From: an uncultured Eubacteriales bacterium
Lineage (GTDB): Bacteria > Bacillota > Sulfobacillia > Fermentithermobacillales > Fermentithermobacillaceae
NCBI GenBank assembly: GCA_964406505.1
Contig: CAYORX010000008.1
Coordinates: 859-64,858, forward strand
Length of the DNA stretch: 64,000 nucleotides
Direction of reading: 5' to 3'
Shown one piece after another: positions 1 through 8,999 of this stretch. A program made the translations under genes and the position numbers. Each line of letters begins with the position of its first letter. The stretch's first letter is position 1. Under the pieces are notes generated by a model. The model searched no databases, was not told where the DNA came from, and was given only the letters and a program-made list of their open reading frames with translations.

Positions 1-550
1 ATTTACGCTTCTTTACCTGCTGCAAAAGGTTTTTGACAACCGTTCTTACCGCAGAATGTTCTAACAAACAATTATCTGTAGGGATAACATTGTGAGAAAA
101 AGCTTCGTAGAATCCTGCGACGACCTGGCCATTGATGAAACCAAGAGGCATTTGCACTTTGTTGCGATATCCAAACACTTTCGGTGAAGGTATGCACTGT
201 AAAATCGCACAATCGGAAATTCCGGCAATTCTTCTGAAAGATTCTTTAACCAATCGAGTTTTCCATTGAAGCTGAAGGTCATAGTCGACATGCTGCCATG
301 TGCATCCACCGCATTGTGAAGATATCTTACATCGCGGCTCTACTCGACCTTGACCGGAGCCTAAAACATCTATAAGGCGACCGCGTGCAAATGTTTTTTT
401 ACGTTCTATTAAAATACATTTCACCAAATCGCCGGGCAAAGTTTCCGGAACAAATATAACAAGGCCTTTACCAGGCCCCGACTGAATCTTGCCCACTCCT
501 TCTCCTCGATGATTAAAGTTTGTGATCTCAACTGTACATGATAGACTCAT
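1..550 (-). CDS. RumA/RlmD(TrmA)-family RNA (uracil-5)-methyltransferase, N-terminal part; the gene runs off the window start
   Basis: This gene is absent from the ORF track because it has no stop inside the window. My reverse-complement translation from the ATG at 550 stays open to base 1. It reads MSLSCTVEITNFNHRGEGVGK...VKCILIERKKTFARGRL (TRAM-like barrel), then CKISSQCGGCTWQHVDYDLQLQWK (the family's Cys cluster). The listed ORF 61..309 is a different frame of the same DNA. Confidence 0.8.
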   Translation of the reverse strand, partial: MSLSCTVEITNFNHRGEGVGKIQSGPGKGLVIFVPETLPGDLVKCILIERKKTFARGRLIDVLGSGQGRVEPRCKISSQCGGCTWQHVDYDLQLQWKTRLVKESFRRIAGISDCAILQCIPSPKVFGYRNKVQMPLGFINGQVVAGFYEAFSHNVIPTDNCLLEHSAVRTVVKNLLQQVKKRK

Positions 551-551
551 T

Positions 552-1517
552 TTATTCTAACTTACAATCACTCTCTCGCTCTAAATCTTCTCCTATTACA
601 ATAATCTCTGGCTGCAAAACAACATCGAAATTTTCGCGCACTTTATCTTTTATCATTTCCATAAGAGTAAGCACATCTTTAGCGGTAGCTCCACCTTGAT
701 TGACGATAAAACCCGCGTGTTTAGACGATACCGCGGCACCTCCATATGAAAACCCTTTTAGCCCTAATTTTTCGATCATATAGCCCACGAATTTGCCTGG
801 AGGTCTTCGAAACGCGCTTCCGGCAGATGGAATATTCAATGGCTGTTTTTCTTGCCTTTGTCTTAAGTGTGTTTCCATTACTTTATAAATTTTATCTCTA
901 TCGCCTAACTTAAGATTTACTTCTATGTTTAAAACAAGAAGATCCTTCCTGCTCAAAAACAAAGAATGCCTATATGAAAATTCTGCCTCATCACTATAAA
1001 TCCATTCTATTTCGCCATCACCGGTAGCTACTTCAACCCGATTTACTAAAGAAGCCACATCACCACCATATGCCCCGGCATTCATCGTTACTGCTCCACC
1101 CATACTTCCTGGAATACCAACCGCAAATTCTAAACCAGATAACTGATATCTAACGCAGTCTTTAACGATGCTCTTAAGAAGGGTTCCTGAACTAATCATT
1201 AGACTTTTGTAACCGTTTCTTTCAATTCCGGTATAACCGGAGGCCATTTTTAGTACGCAACCTCTTACCCCACCGTCTTTTACCAACAGATTGGTTCCAT
1301 TTCCAATTACATGGCAGGGCACCTGAAGTTTTTTGCATATTTGCCAAGCCTTAACCGCATCTTCGCGAGTACCGGGAACGACGAGGAGGTCACAAGGCCC
1401 ACCGATTCGAAAAGATGTGTGATTTGACATTGGTTCAGAAAAAAACACACGGGAACCGGTTAGCAAAGATGCAATTTCTTCGTAAATCGCATTATAATCA
1501 TCGCTTCCAATGATCAT
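552..1517 (-). CDS. murB: UDP-N-acetylenolpyruvoylglucosamine reductase
   Basis: The 321-aa product has MurB-typical strings: SFRIGGP, GNGTNLLV, PGSMGGAVTMNAGAYGG, SAGSAFRRP. Confidence 0.93.
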   Translation of the reverse strand: MIIGSDDYNAIYEEIASLLTGSRVFFSEPMSNHTSFRIGGPCDLLVVPGTREDAVKAWQICKKLQVPCHVIGNGTNLLVKDGGVRGCVLKMASGYTGIERNGYKSLMISSGTLLKSIVKDCVRYQLSGLEFAVGIPGSMGGAVTMNAGAYGGDVASLVNRVEVATGDGEIEWIYSDEAEFSYRHSLFLSRKDLLVLNIEVNLKLGDRDKIYKVMETHLRQRQEKQPLNIPSAGSAFRRPPGKFVGYMIEKLGLKGFSYGGAAVSSKHAGFIVNQGGATAKDVLTLMEMIKDKVRENFDVVLQPEIIVIGEDLERESDCKLE

Positions 1518-1559
1518 GGCCGTTCCTCCTCTCTTTACAAATAGATTATGCTCATAAAA

Positions 1560-3011
1560 TCACGATAGTAGTTTGTCCTTCAATATTATGTTTACCTTAG
1601 TCGGATTAGCTTTTCCTTTAGTTAGTTTCATAACCTGTCCTACTAAAAACCCTACTGCTTTATCCTTTCCGGCCCTTATCTCCTCAACAACTAAAGGATG
1701 AGCACTTAGTACTTTTTCGACGACAGATGCCAAACTTTCGTCATCAGAAATTTGCTCCAAGTTCTGTTCCTTAACTATAATATGCGGATCTTTGTCGGTC
1801 TCGATCATAAGAACCAATATATCTTTCGCTATTTTACCGCTAATTACACCTTTATCAATAAGTTTAAGCATCGATACAAGATATTCAGGACGTAAAGGAA
1901 TGTTTTCGTATGGAATATTTTCAGACTTCATATATCCCAAAAGTTCTACCATAATCCAATTGGATGCAGTTTTGGGGTCAGCGCCAAGTGAAACGCATCT
2001 ATCAAAAAATTGTGATAACGAAGGGTCAGCCGTAAGCACCTCTGCGTCGTATTTTGGCAAATCTAGCTTCTCGACATAATAAGAGATAATTTCATCGGGA
2101 AGTCTGGGCATTTCCGACCTTATTTGCTCTATGAATTCACTGTTAAGTTCAAGCATAGGCAAGTCAGCATCAACAAAATATCTGTAATCGTCACTGTCTT
2201 GTTTTGTGCGCAACACTTTGGTCCTTTGTTCGTCCTCATCCCAATGTCGTGTTTCCCTAATAACCCGTTTACCTTGCTCCAATAATCGTTTCTGTCTTTG
2301 GAATTCATAAGAAAGTGCCCTGACAACCGCCCTAAAAGAACTTAAGTTTTTCATTTCACAGGGTGTTCCTAAAATTTCACTACCTCGGGGCTTTACAGAT
2401 ATATTACAATCAACCCTCATTGAGCCTTCTTCCATTTTCACATCGGACACGCCCGCGAATTTAAGCATACTTTGCAGTTTCTCCAAGTATTCCCTAGCTT
2501 CTTCCGGCGAAGATATATCAGGTTCTGATACAATCTCAGCCAACGGTACCCCTGCTCTATTAAAATCAACTAATGAATACTCGGCGGTAATTATTTCATC
2601 ACCTGCATGAATTGATTTACCCGCATCTTCTTCTATATGAATCCGATTAATTCTAATTTTCTTTTGGGGGTTTTCCAATTGAATATAACCACATAGGGCT
2701 ATGGGCTCGTAAAATTGGGTTATCTGATACCCTTTGGGAAGATCAGGATAAAAATAGTTTTTACGATCAAATCTGCTAAATAGATTAATTGAACAATTAA
2801 GAGCTAAGCCGGCTCTAACAGCTAATCTTACCGCTTCCGCGTTGACGATAGGTAATGCTCCCGGCATTCCTAGGCACACCGGACATATGTTGGTATTAGC
2901 TGCATCTCCAAAACGGGATAAGCATCTGCAAAACAACTTTGTATTTGTTGAAAGTTCTACATGGACTTCTAGTCCAATCATCATTTCATATCGATTAGTC
3001 AACCAACTCAC
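1560..3011 (-). CDS. gatB: Asp/Glu-tRNA amidotransferase subunit B
   Basis: Motifs IGLEVHVEL, CPVCLGMPGALP and NRAGVPLAEIVSEPD are present, with a YqeY-like C-terminus. The gene overlaps the gatA stop, consistent with an operon. Confidence 0.95.
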   Translation of the reverse strand: MSWLTNRYEMMIGLEVHVELSTNTKLFCRCLSRFGDAANTNICPVCLGMPGALPIVNAEAVRLAVRAGLALNCSINLFSRFDRKNYFYPDLPKGYQITQFYEPIALCGYIQLENPQKKIRINRIHIEEDAGKSIHAGDEIITAEYSLVDFNRAGVPLAEIVSEPDISSPEEAREYLEKLQSMLKFAGVSDVKMEEGSMRVDCNISVKPRGSEILGTPCEMKNLSSFRAVVRALSYEFQRQKRLLEQGKRVIRETRHWDEDEQRTKVLRTKQDSDDYRYFVDADLPMLELNSEFIEQIRSEMPRLPDEIISYYVEKLDLPKYDAEVLTADPSLSQFFDRCVSLGADPKTASNWIMVELLGYMKSENIPYENIPLRPEYLVSMLKLIDKGVISGKIAKDILVLMIETDKDPHIIVKEQNLEQISDDESLASVVEKVLSAHPLVVEEIRAGKDKAVGFLVGQVMKLTKGKANPTKVNIILKDKLLS

Positions 3012-4506
3012 ACTCCCTAGTGGGATTAAGCTTACGCCTTATCACCGAGCGTTCATGATAAACCTCCGACCCGATTTGGTCTTCCAAAGAATATCCGACA
3101 TTAAGTACCGTCTGTTCACCATAAGGTTTGCCTATTATTTGCAAACCACAAGGAAGACGTGTGTCATCCAAATCAACCAGCCCCATGGGCAGGCTAAGCG
3201 CACATAAGTTAGCAAGATTAACCGGCAGGGTCAAAAGATCTCCGATATGCACACTCAAAGGCTCTTGTTGCTTTCCCCCTATTTTGAATGCTACTTCGGG
3301 TGAAGCAGGTGATACAATCAAATCGAATCTCTCAAAAATATTTTCAAACTCACGCTTTATAAGCGTTCTGATCCGAGCGGCTCTCATATAATACCGCTCT
3401 TTGTACCCAGAACCTAAGATTAAAGTGCCGAAAAGTATCCTTTTAATCGCTTCTTTGCCGAAGCCATGGGTGCGAGATCGTGTATACATGGTGTCAAGCG
3501 AGTTGGCAGATGCTCTTTTGCCAAATCTCACTCCATCAAATCTTGATAGATTAGAAGCACCCTCAGCGGTAGCAATAATATAATAAACATCACCTGCATA
3601 GATTATTGAAGGTATGCTAATTTCTTCAACTACCATGCCCATGTCTTCCATAACCTTTAAGGATTGGATGAACTTATCTTTTACTGAAACACTCACACCT
3701 TCTAGAAGTTCTTTGGGGTAACCTACCCGTAGCGTTTCAACATTTTTGTCAAGGTTTTTTGTATAAGATACGGACTCCCTGGAAGAAGAAGTAGCATCAA
3801 GATTATCATTTCCAGCTATAGCTTCTAAAACTAGCGCGCAATCCCATACTGTTTCGGTCATGGGTCCCACAGTATCTAACGATGAAGCATATGCAGCAAC
3901 TCCAAATCTTGACACCAAACCATAACTAGGCTTCACTCCACAAATACCAGTAAAACTTGCGGGCTGCCTAATTGAACCTCCGGTATCCGTTCCAAGCGCT
4001 AAAGGGGCCATTCCGGCTGCAACAGCTGCGGCGGAGCCACCGCTGGAACCCCCGGGCACCCGACTTAAATCCCATGGGTTGGCTGTAGAACCGTAGGCTG
4101 ATGTTTCGGTAGAAGAACCCATAGCAAACTCGTCCATATTTGTTTTCCCGATTATAATTGCGCCATGCTTGCGTAGCCTTTTGATAACTGTGGCGTCATA
4201 TGGGGACATCCAGTTTTCCATCATCGCAGAACCGCAAGTACATCCGGCTCCTTCTACGCATATATTGTCTTTTATCGCAATGGGCAAGCCCGCCAAAATG
4301 CCCGGGTTTTCCCCTTTTTCAAGCAGCGAATCAAGTTCTCGTGCATCCGCTCGCGCAGACGATTCTAGTACCTGCACAAAAGCGTTGATCTCTGAATCTA
4401 TATCATCTATCCTTTTCAGATAAATATCTAATACTTCAGTCGCGGAAATTTCCCTTGACGAAATTTTTTCCAAAATATGTTTCGTTCGCATATCTTGTAT
4501 TTCCAC
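2995..4506 (-). CDS. gatA: Asp/Glu-tRNA amidotransferase subunit A (amidase signature family)
   Basis: The amidase signature GGSSGGSAAAVAAG and the motif IAIKDNI are present. The gene sits between gatC and gatB. Confidence 0.95.
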   Translation of the reverse strand: MEIQDMRTKHILEKISSREISATEVLDIYLKRIDDIDSEINAFVQVLESSARADARELDSLLEKGENPGILAGLPIAIKDNICVEGAGCTCGSAMMENWMSPYDATVIKRLRKHGAIIIGKTNMDEFAMGSSTETSAYGSTANPWDLSRVPGGSSGGSAAAVAAGMAPLALGTDTGGSIRQPASFTGICGVKPSYGLVSRFGVAAYASSLDTVGPMTETVWDCALVLEAIAGNDNLDATSSSRESVSYTKNLDKNVETLRVGYPKELLEGVSVSVKDKFIQSLKVMEDMGMVVEEISIPSIIYAGDVYYIIATAEGASNLSRFDGVRFGKRASANSLDTMYTRSRTHGFGKEAIKRILFGTLILGSGYKERYYMRAARIRTLIKREFENIFERFDLIVSPASPEVAFKIGGKQQEPLSVHIGDLLTLPVNLANLCALSLPMGLVDLDDTRLPCGLQIIGKPYGEQTVLNVGYSLEDQIGSEVYHERSVIRRKLNPTRECELVD

Positions 4507-4524
4507 TATATGACACCTCTTTGC

Positions 4525-4818
4525 CTAAACACTTTGAGATTCCCTTGGTACTTTAAAATATCCGTTATCAATTGAAGGGGCATATTCCATCACAACTTCG
4601 CGGGGAAGACTTTGGTGAGGAGTATCCTTTGCCAAGCGTAAGCGATCGGCATCTCCCAAAGTAAAGGTAGGAGGAATATTTTCTACGTTAACGTCTAACA
4701 AACTTTTCATGCGAGTTAAAACAGTTTCGAATTCGGCAGATATAATGCTTTCTTCGTCCTCATTTAAAGCAATTCCGGCTAGATCTGCTATTTGCTTCAA
4801 ATCAATTTTCAATTTCAC
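4525..4818 (-). CDS. gatC: Asp/Glu-tRNA amidotransferase subunit C
   Basis: This is a small acidic protein reading (V)KLKIDLKQIADLAGIALNEDEE..., placed upstream of gatA. The ORF-track TTG at 4833 overlaps ligA by 32 nt. I prefer the GTG at 4818, but the start is uncertain. Confidence 0.8.
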   Translation of the reverse strand: MKLKIDLKQIADLAGIALNEDEESIISAEFETVLTRMKSLLDVNVENIPPTFTLGDADRLRLAKDTPHQSLPREVVMEYAPSIDNGYFKVPRESQSV

Positions 4819-6856
4819 TGCTCCATTCCTCAACTAAATTTAAAAATTCCGCTTCCGTGAACACTTGAACCCCTAATTCCATCGCTCTTTTCAATTTCGA
4901 ACCCGGTGAACTACCGACTACCAAGGCAAACGTATTTCTTGATACAGAAGATGATATTTTACCGCCCGATTTCAAGATAAACTCACTGATTTCGCGGCGG
5001 GTAAATTTTTTCAAAGTTCCGGTAATCACGAATGTTTTGCCTGATAAAAACGCGTCTCGGGATTCATTAGATGCACCTGCGACAACAGCCTCCACGCCAG
5101 CGATTTTGAGCTTACGTATAATTTCTTTTGCAGAATCTGTTTCAAAGAAGGCAACTACCGCTTTTGCTATCCCGGGCCCTATCTCTTTGATTGACATCAA
5201 ACTTTCTTCATTCGCGTCCATTATCCGGTCTAATGTTTTCAGCTTTTGGCTAATAAGATCTGCTGTATGCAATCCCACATTTCTGATACCAAAAGCATAA
5301 ATAAGCTTAGCGAGAGGGCGCTTTTTAGACGATTCTATACTATACATAAGATTTTCTGCCGATTTTTGGCCCATTCTTGGAAGCGAAGCTACCTCATTCG
5401 TCTTTAAAGCATATAAATCACCAGCATCGGCAACAAGCCCGGTTTGTAAAAGAGATTCGATAATAGATGGTCCTAACCCTCTTATATCCATAGCATCTCT
5501 GGAGCAAAAATGAATCAGTCTTTCCTTGACTTGAGCGGGACACGAAAGGTTTATACATCTATGCGCGATCTCATCTGGAAATTTCATCACTGGAGAGCTA
5601 CATGACGGACAAAATTCAGGCATGTGAAATACCTTTTCATCTCCTGTACGTTTTTCCCTTACCACTTCTACTATTTCCGGTATAATCTCACCGGCCTTTC
5701 GCACTATCACGATGTCTCCTATTCGAATATCTTTTTGTTTAATTAAATCTTCATTATGTAAATTTGCGCGGGCAACCACGGAGCCTGAAACGGTAACCGG
5801 TTCCAAAACTGCCACAGGGGTAACTACGCCGGTTCGACCAACCTGAGCCAATATATCTTTCACTTTAGTTTGAACTTGTTCAGATGGAAACTTATACGCT
5901 ATTTGGGATCGCGGAGAATGCCCCGTGGCACCGAGCTTTTTGCCGAGAATACGATCTTGGATTTTTACCACAATACCATCTATATCATACGAAAATATGT
6001 TTTTATTTCGCTGCCACTGGTGAATTACAGATATGACCTTGTCCAAGCTGCTGCAATACTCATATTTGGGCACGGGAAAACCCAATTTCTTTAAAAGTTC
6101 CAAACAGCCTGTTTCGTTGTCGGGTATCTGCCAATGCGTACCTTTTATATCTCTAAGTTCATAAAACAAAGCTACTAAAGGTCTAGATGCTGACACCTTC
6201 GGATCTAATTGCCTCAACGAACCTGCAGCTGCATTACGAGGGTTTGCGAAAAGCGAAAGTCCCTCCTTCTGACGACGTTCATTTAGTTTTTCAAAATCAT
6301 TAGTAGGCAAAAACACTTCGCCACGCACTTCTAAAAAATCAGGTGTTTGATTTTGAGTATCCCTAAGACCTAGAGGCACTGATTGTACAGTTTTTATGTT
6401 AACCGTTATATCCTCTCCGGATATTCCATCGCCCCGGGTAAGTGCTAACGCGAACTTGCCTTCTTCATATCGCAAAATCACCGAGATACCGTCGATCTTG
6501 GGTTCAACTACATAATCGATTTTTGCACTGTTCGCCAATTGCTTAGCACGTTGATCAAAACGTCTCAGTTCATTTTCATCAAAAGCATTAGATAAACTGA
6601 GAACCGGGCCAATGTGAGGTACAGATCTGAACGAAGAAGAAACCTTACCGCCTACACGCATTGTTGGCGAATCGGAGGTAATCAACTCAGGAAACTCCTC
6701 TTCTAACTGGTGAAGTTTTCTGAACATGCCATCGAACTCAGCGTCGCTTATGACCGGATCATCTAAAACATAGTAGCGGTATTGGTGCTCAGTTATAAGT
6801 TTTCTAAGTTCTAATATCTGTTCAGCTGCCTCAGTTTTAGACAAGGTATCGCTCAT
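4802..6856 (-). CDS. ligA: NAD-dependent DNA ligase
   Basis: The 684-aa product has the adenylation motif EPKIDGISV, the Zn-finger CPSCSSPV...HRCINLSCPAQ, HhH repeats and a C-terminal BRCT-like segment (GKTFVITGTL). Confidence 0.95.
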   Translation of the reverse strand: MSDTLSKTEAAEQILELRKLITEHQYRYYVLDDPVISDAEFDGMFRKLHQLEEEFPELITSDSPTMRVGGKVSSSFRSVPHIGPVLSLSNAFDENELRRFDQRAKQLANSAKIDYVVEPKIDGISVILRYEEGKFALALTRGDGISGEDITVNIKTVQSVPLGLRDTQNQTPDFLEVRGEVFLPTNDFEKLNERRQKEGLSLFANPRNAAAGSLRQLDPKVSASRPLVALFYELRDIKGTHWQIPDNETGCLELLKKLGFPVPKYEYCSSLDKVISVIHQWQRNKNIFSYDIDGIVVKIQDRILGKKLGATGHSPRSQIAYKFPSEQVQTKVKDILAQVGRTGVVTPVAVLEPVTVSGSVVARANLHNEDLIKQKDIRIGDIVIVRKAGEIIPEIVEVVREKRTGDEKVFHMPEFCPSCSSPVMKFPDEIAHRCINLSCPAQVKERLIHFCSRDAMDIRGLGPSIIESLLQTGLVADAGDLYALKTNEVASLPRMGQKSAENLMYSIESSKKRPLAKLIYAFGIRNVGLHTADLISQKLKTLDRIMDANEESLMSIKEIGPGIAKAVVAFFETDSAKEIIRKLKIAGVEAVVAGASNESRDAFLSGKTFVITGTLKKFTRREISEFILKSGGKISSSVSRNTFALVVGSSPGSKLKRAMELGVQVFTEAEFLNLVEEWSSEIEN

Positions 6857-6865
6857 TTTACCCTC

Positions 6866-8827
6866 CTAAAATTCATCCCATGCAAAGGTATGCATGTCAA
6901 TTAGATCCTCGGGAATTTCTTTGACAAATCTCGAAATTCCAGTCAAAGAGGTCCCGTAATATGTTTCCCTGTAAGCGGCCAAAGTAAGATACAAAATCTG
7001 CTTCGCTCGAGTCATACCTACATAACATAAGCGTCGCTCTTCTTCTATTTGCACTTCATCTCCTATAGATCTTGCATGAGGAAGAAGTCCCTCTTCCATG
7101 CCAACCATAAATACTACATCAAATTCCAGCCCCTTAGCCGCATGAAGCGACATCATTACGCAAGCATCTGCCTTTTCATCATACATATCTTGATCGCTTG
7201 CGAGCGCTAAATTCTCTAAATAGTCATGAAGCGTTTCTCCTTTTGCCGCAGATTGCTTCATGGAAACCAAAAGTTCTTGAAGGTTTTCAAGCCTTGCCTC
7301 ATCTTCCCTGGTACGTTTGTTAGAAATATAATGCTTATATCCTGTACTTTCTAAAATAGTCGTCATAATGTCGTGAATCGCAAAATCATCTACATGTGAA
7401 AGGTCCCTGAGAATCTCTCCCAATTCCTGCGCCGATCGCCTTCTTTGCAAGGTTAATCCCGAAATTCGCGATGCTAGACATAGTGTATCGATAATGTCCA
7501 AATTATTTTGCTCAGAATATTCAATTATTTTGCGTAAACTCACCGCTCCAAGCCCTCGCGGCGGTTGATTTATAATTCTCTCCAACGAAATATAGTCTCT
7601 TGGATAAACTAATAAACGAAGGTAACTAACAGCATCTTTGATTTCTTTGCGCTCGTAAAACTTAAGTCCACCGACTATAGCATACGGTATCCCGATACGC
7701 ATAAAGGCATCTTCGAGATTTCTTGATTGTGCATGGGTGCGGTAAAGTATAGTTATGGAACTAAGAGGCATTCGATCAGATAGTTTAAGCACTTCTTCCG
7801 CCACAAACTGTGCTTCTTCGTCCTGATTTTGGGTTACAGAAACAATTATAGGCTCCCCACCTTTACGCGAAGTCCACAAACGTTTTTCCTTCCTAAGAAA
7901 GTTTTTAGAAACCACATGATACGCCCCGTCAAGTATTATCTGGGTTGAACGATAGTTTTCTTCAAGCTTTACCACTTTGCATTGAGGGTAATCTTTTTCA
8001 AAATCTAATATGTTTCGTAGATCTGCACCGCGAAAATTATATATACTTTGATCATCATCGCCTACAACAGCTAAGTTTTTATGACCGGCGGCGAGAATTT
8101 TCGTCAATTCATATTGAACCCGATTTGTGTCTTGATATTCATCTACAAGTATGTATCTGAATTTGTTTTGATATTTTTCCCGTATCTCTTTGTGGTTTTT
8201 TAGCAAACTAACAGTTTGCATAAGCAAATCGTCGAAATCCATGCCGTTGAGCTGTTCAAGTTTAGCTTGATATAAAACATAAGCCTGAGCTACTTTTGTT
8301 TCATAAAAAGATGAAGCTTTTTTGGTCAAGTCTGCCGGTAGCCACATCTTATCTTTAGCGCTAGATACCGCCCTTAGAACCCCTGAAGGACTGTATTGTT
8401 TTTCTGACAAATTCATCTCTTTCAATACCTGACGCATTATGCGCAACTGATCTTGAGCGTCCATTATAGAAAAACGATGCGGTTTACCGATTGTCGGATA
8501 CTCGGTACGCAAAATCCTTAAACATGCAGCATGGAAAGTCATAGCCCAAACACCTTTAGCTTTTGAATCAAGAAGCATTTCAATTCGACTTTTGAGCTCG
8601 TTAGCCGCTTTGTTTGTAAAAGTAATCGCCAAAATCGACCACGGCTCAACACCCTGAGCGATCAAATATGCAACCCGCCTAGTAAGAACAGTAGTTTTGC
8701 CGCTGCCGGCTCCTGCAAGTATTAAAAGCGGCCCATCTTTATGGGTCACCGCATGTCTTTGAGGTTGGTTTAGTCCTTTAAGGATTTTTACGGATTGTAC
8801 ATCATCAAAAAACTTTGCTTTCACCAA
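6866..8827 (-). CDS. pcrA: UvrD/PcrA-type ATP-dependent DNA helicase (SF1)
   Basis: Motifs present are the Walker A AGAGSGKTTVL, DEYQDTN, VGDDDQSIYNFRGA, TFHAACLRIL and VGMTRAK. At 653 aa it is at the short end for PcrA. Confidence 0.88.
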   Translation of the reverse strand: MVKAKFFDDVQSVKILKGLNQPQRHAVTHKDGPLLILAGAGSGKTTVLTRRVAYLIAQGVEPWSILAITFTNKAANELKSRIEMLLDSKAKGVWAMTFHAACLRILRTEYPTIGKPHRFSIMDAQDQLRIMRQVLKEMNLSEKQYSPSGVLRAVSSAKDKMWLPADLTKKASSFYETKVAQAYVLYQAKLEQLNGMDFDDLLMQTVSLLKNHKEIREKYQNKFRYILVDEYQDTNRVQYELTKILAAGHKNLAVVGDDDQSIYNFRGADLRNILDFEKDYPQCKVVKLEENYRSTQIILDGAYHVVSKNFLRKEKRLWTSRKGGEPIIVSVTQNQDEEAQFVAEEVLKLSDRMPLSSITILYRTHAQSRNLEDAFMRIGIPYAIVGGLKFYERKEIKDAVSYLRLLVYPRDYISLERIINQPPRGLGAVSLRKIIEYSEQNNLDIIDTLCLASRISGLTLQRRRSAQELGEILRDLSHVDDFAIHDIMTTILESTGYKHYISNKRTREDEARLENLQELLVSMKQSAAKGETLHDYLENLALASDQDMYDEKADACVMMSLHAAKGLEFDVVFMVGMEEGLLPHARSIGDEVQIEEERRLCYVGMTRAKQILYLTLAAYRETYYGTSLTGISRFVKEIPEDLIDMHTFAWDEF

Positions 8828-8897
8828 AATCTATGCACCGCCATCAGGAATACTGGAACATCTAGATTATAACGGATATGCCGCTGGTGGGGCAAAA

Positions 8898-8919
8898 CTT
8901 CAAAATTGAAATTTTGAAG
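8898..8919. promoter_or_regulatory. Perfect 10-bp inverted repeat CTTCAAAATT-GA-AATTTTGAAG in the divergent pcrA/XPB intergenic region (candidate operator)
   Basis: I read this directly from the sequence. It lies 70 bp from the pcrA start and 80 bp from the XPB start. It is AT-rich, so chance occurrence is not negligible. Confidence 0.3.
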
Positions 8920-8999
8920 GATCAATAGGCGAGGACGTAGAATATACACCATGGAACTATACCCATAAGCAAAAACATTGTAATTCAGGAGGCACGTTA

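Noticed and set aside
61-309. ORF-track entry of 82 aa on the minus strand
   Set aside because: It is an alternative frame inside the RumA/RlmD-like gene. The methyltransferase frame (ATG at 550) is open through the whole region and carries the family Cys cluster CGGCTWQH.
8828-8999. LexA/SOS box in front of pcrA and the XPB helicase
   Set aside because: No GAAC-N4-GTTC-type element is present. Only the unrelated AT-rich palindrome, reported separately, is there.
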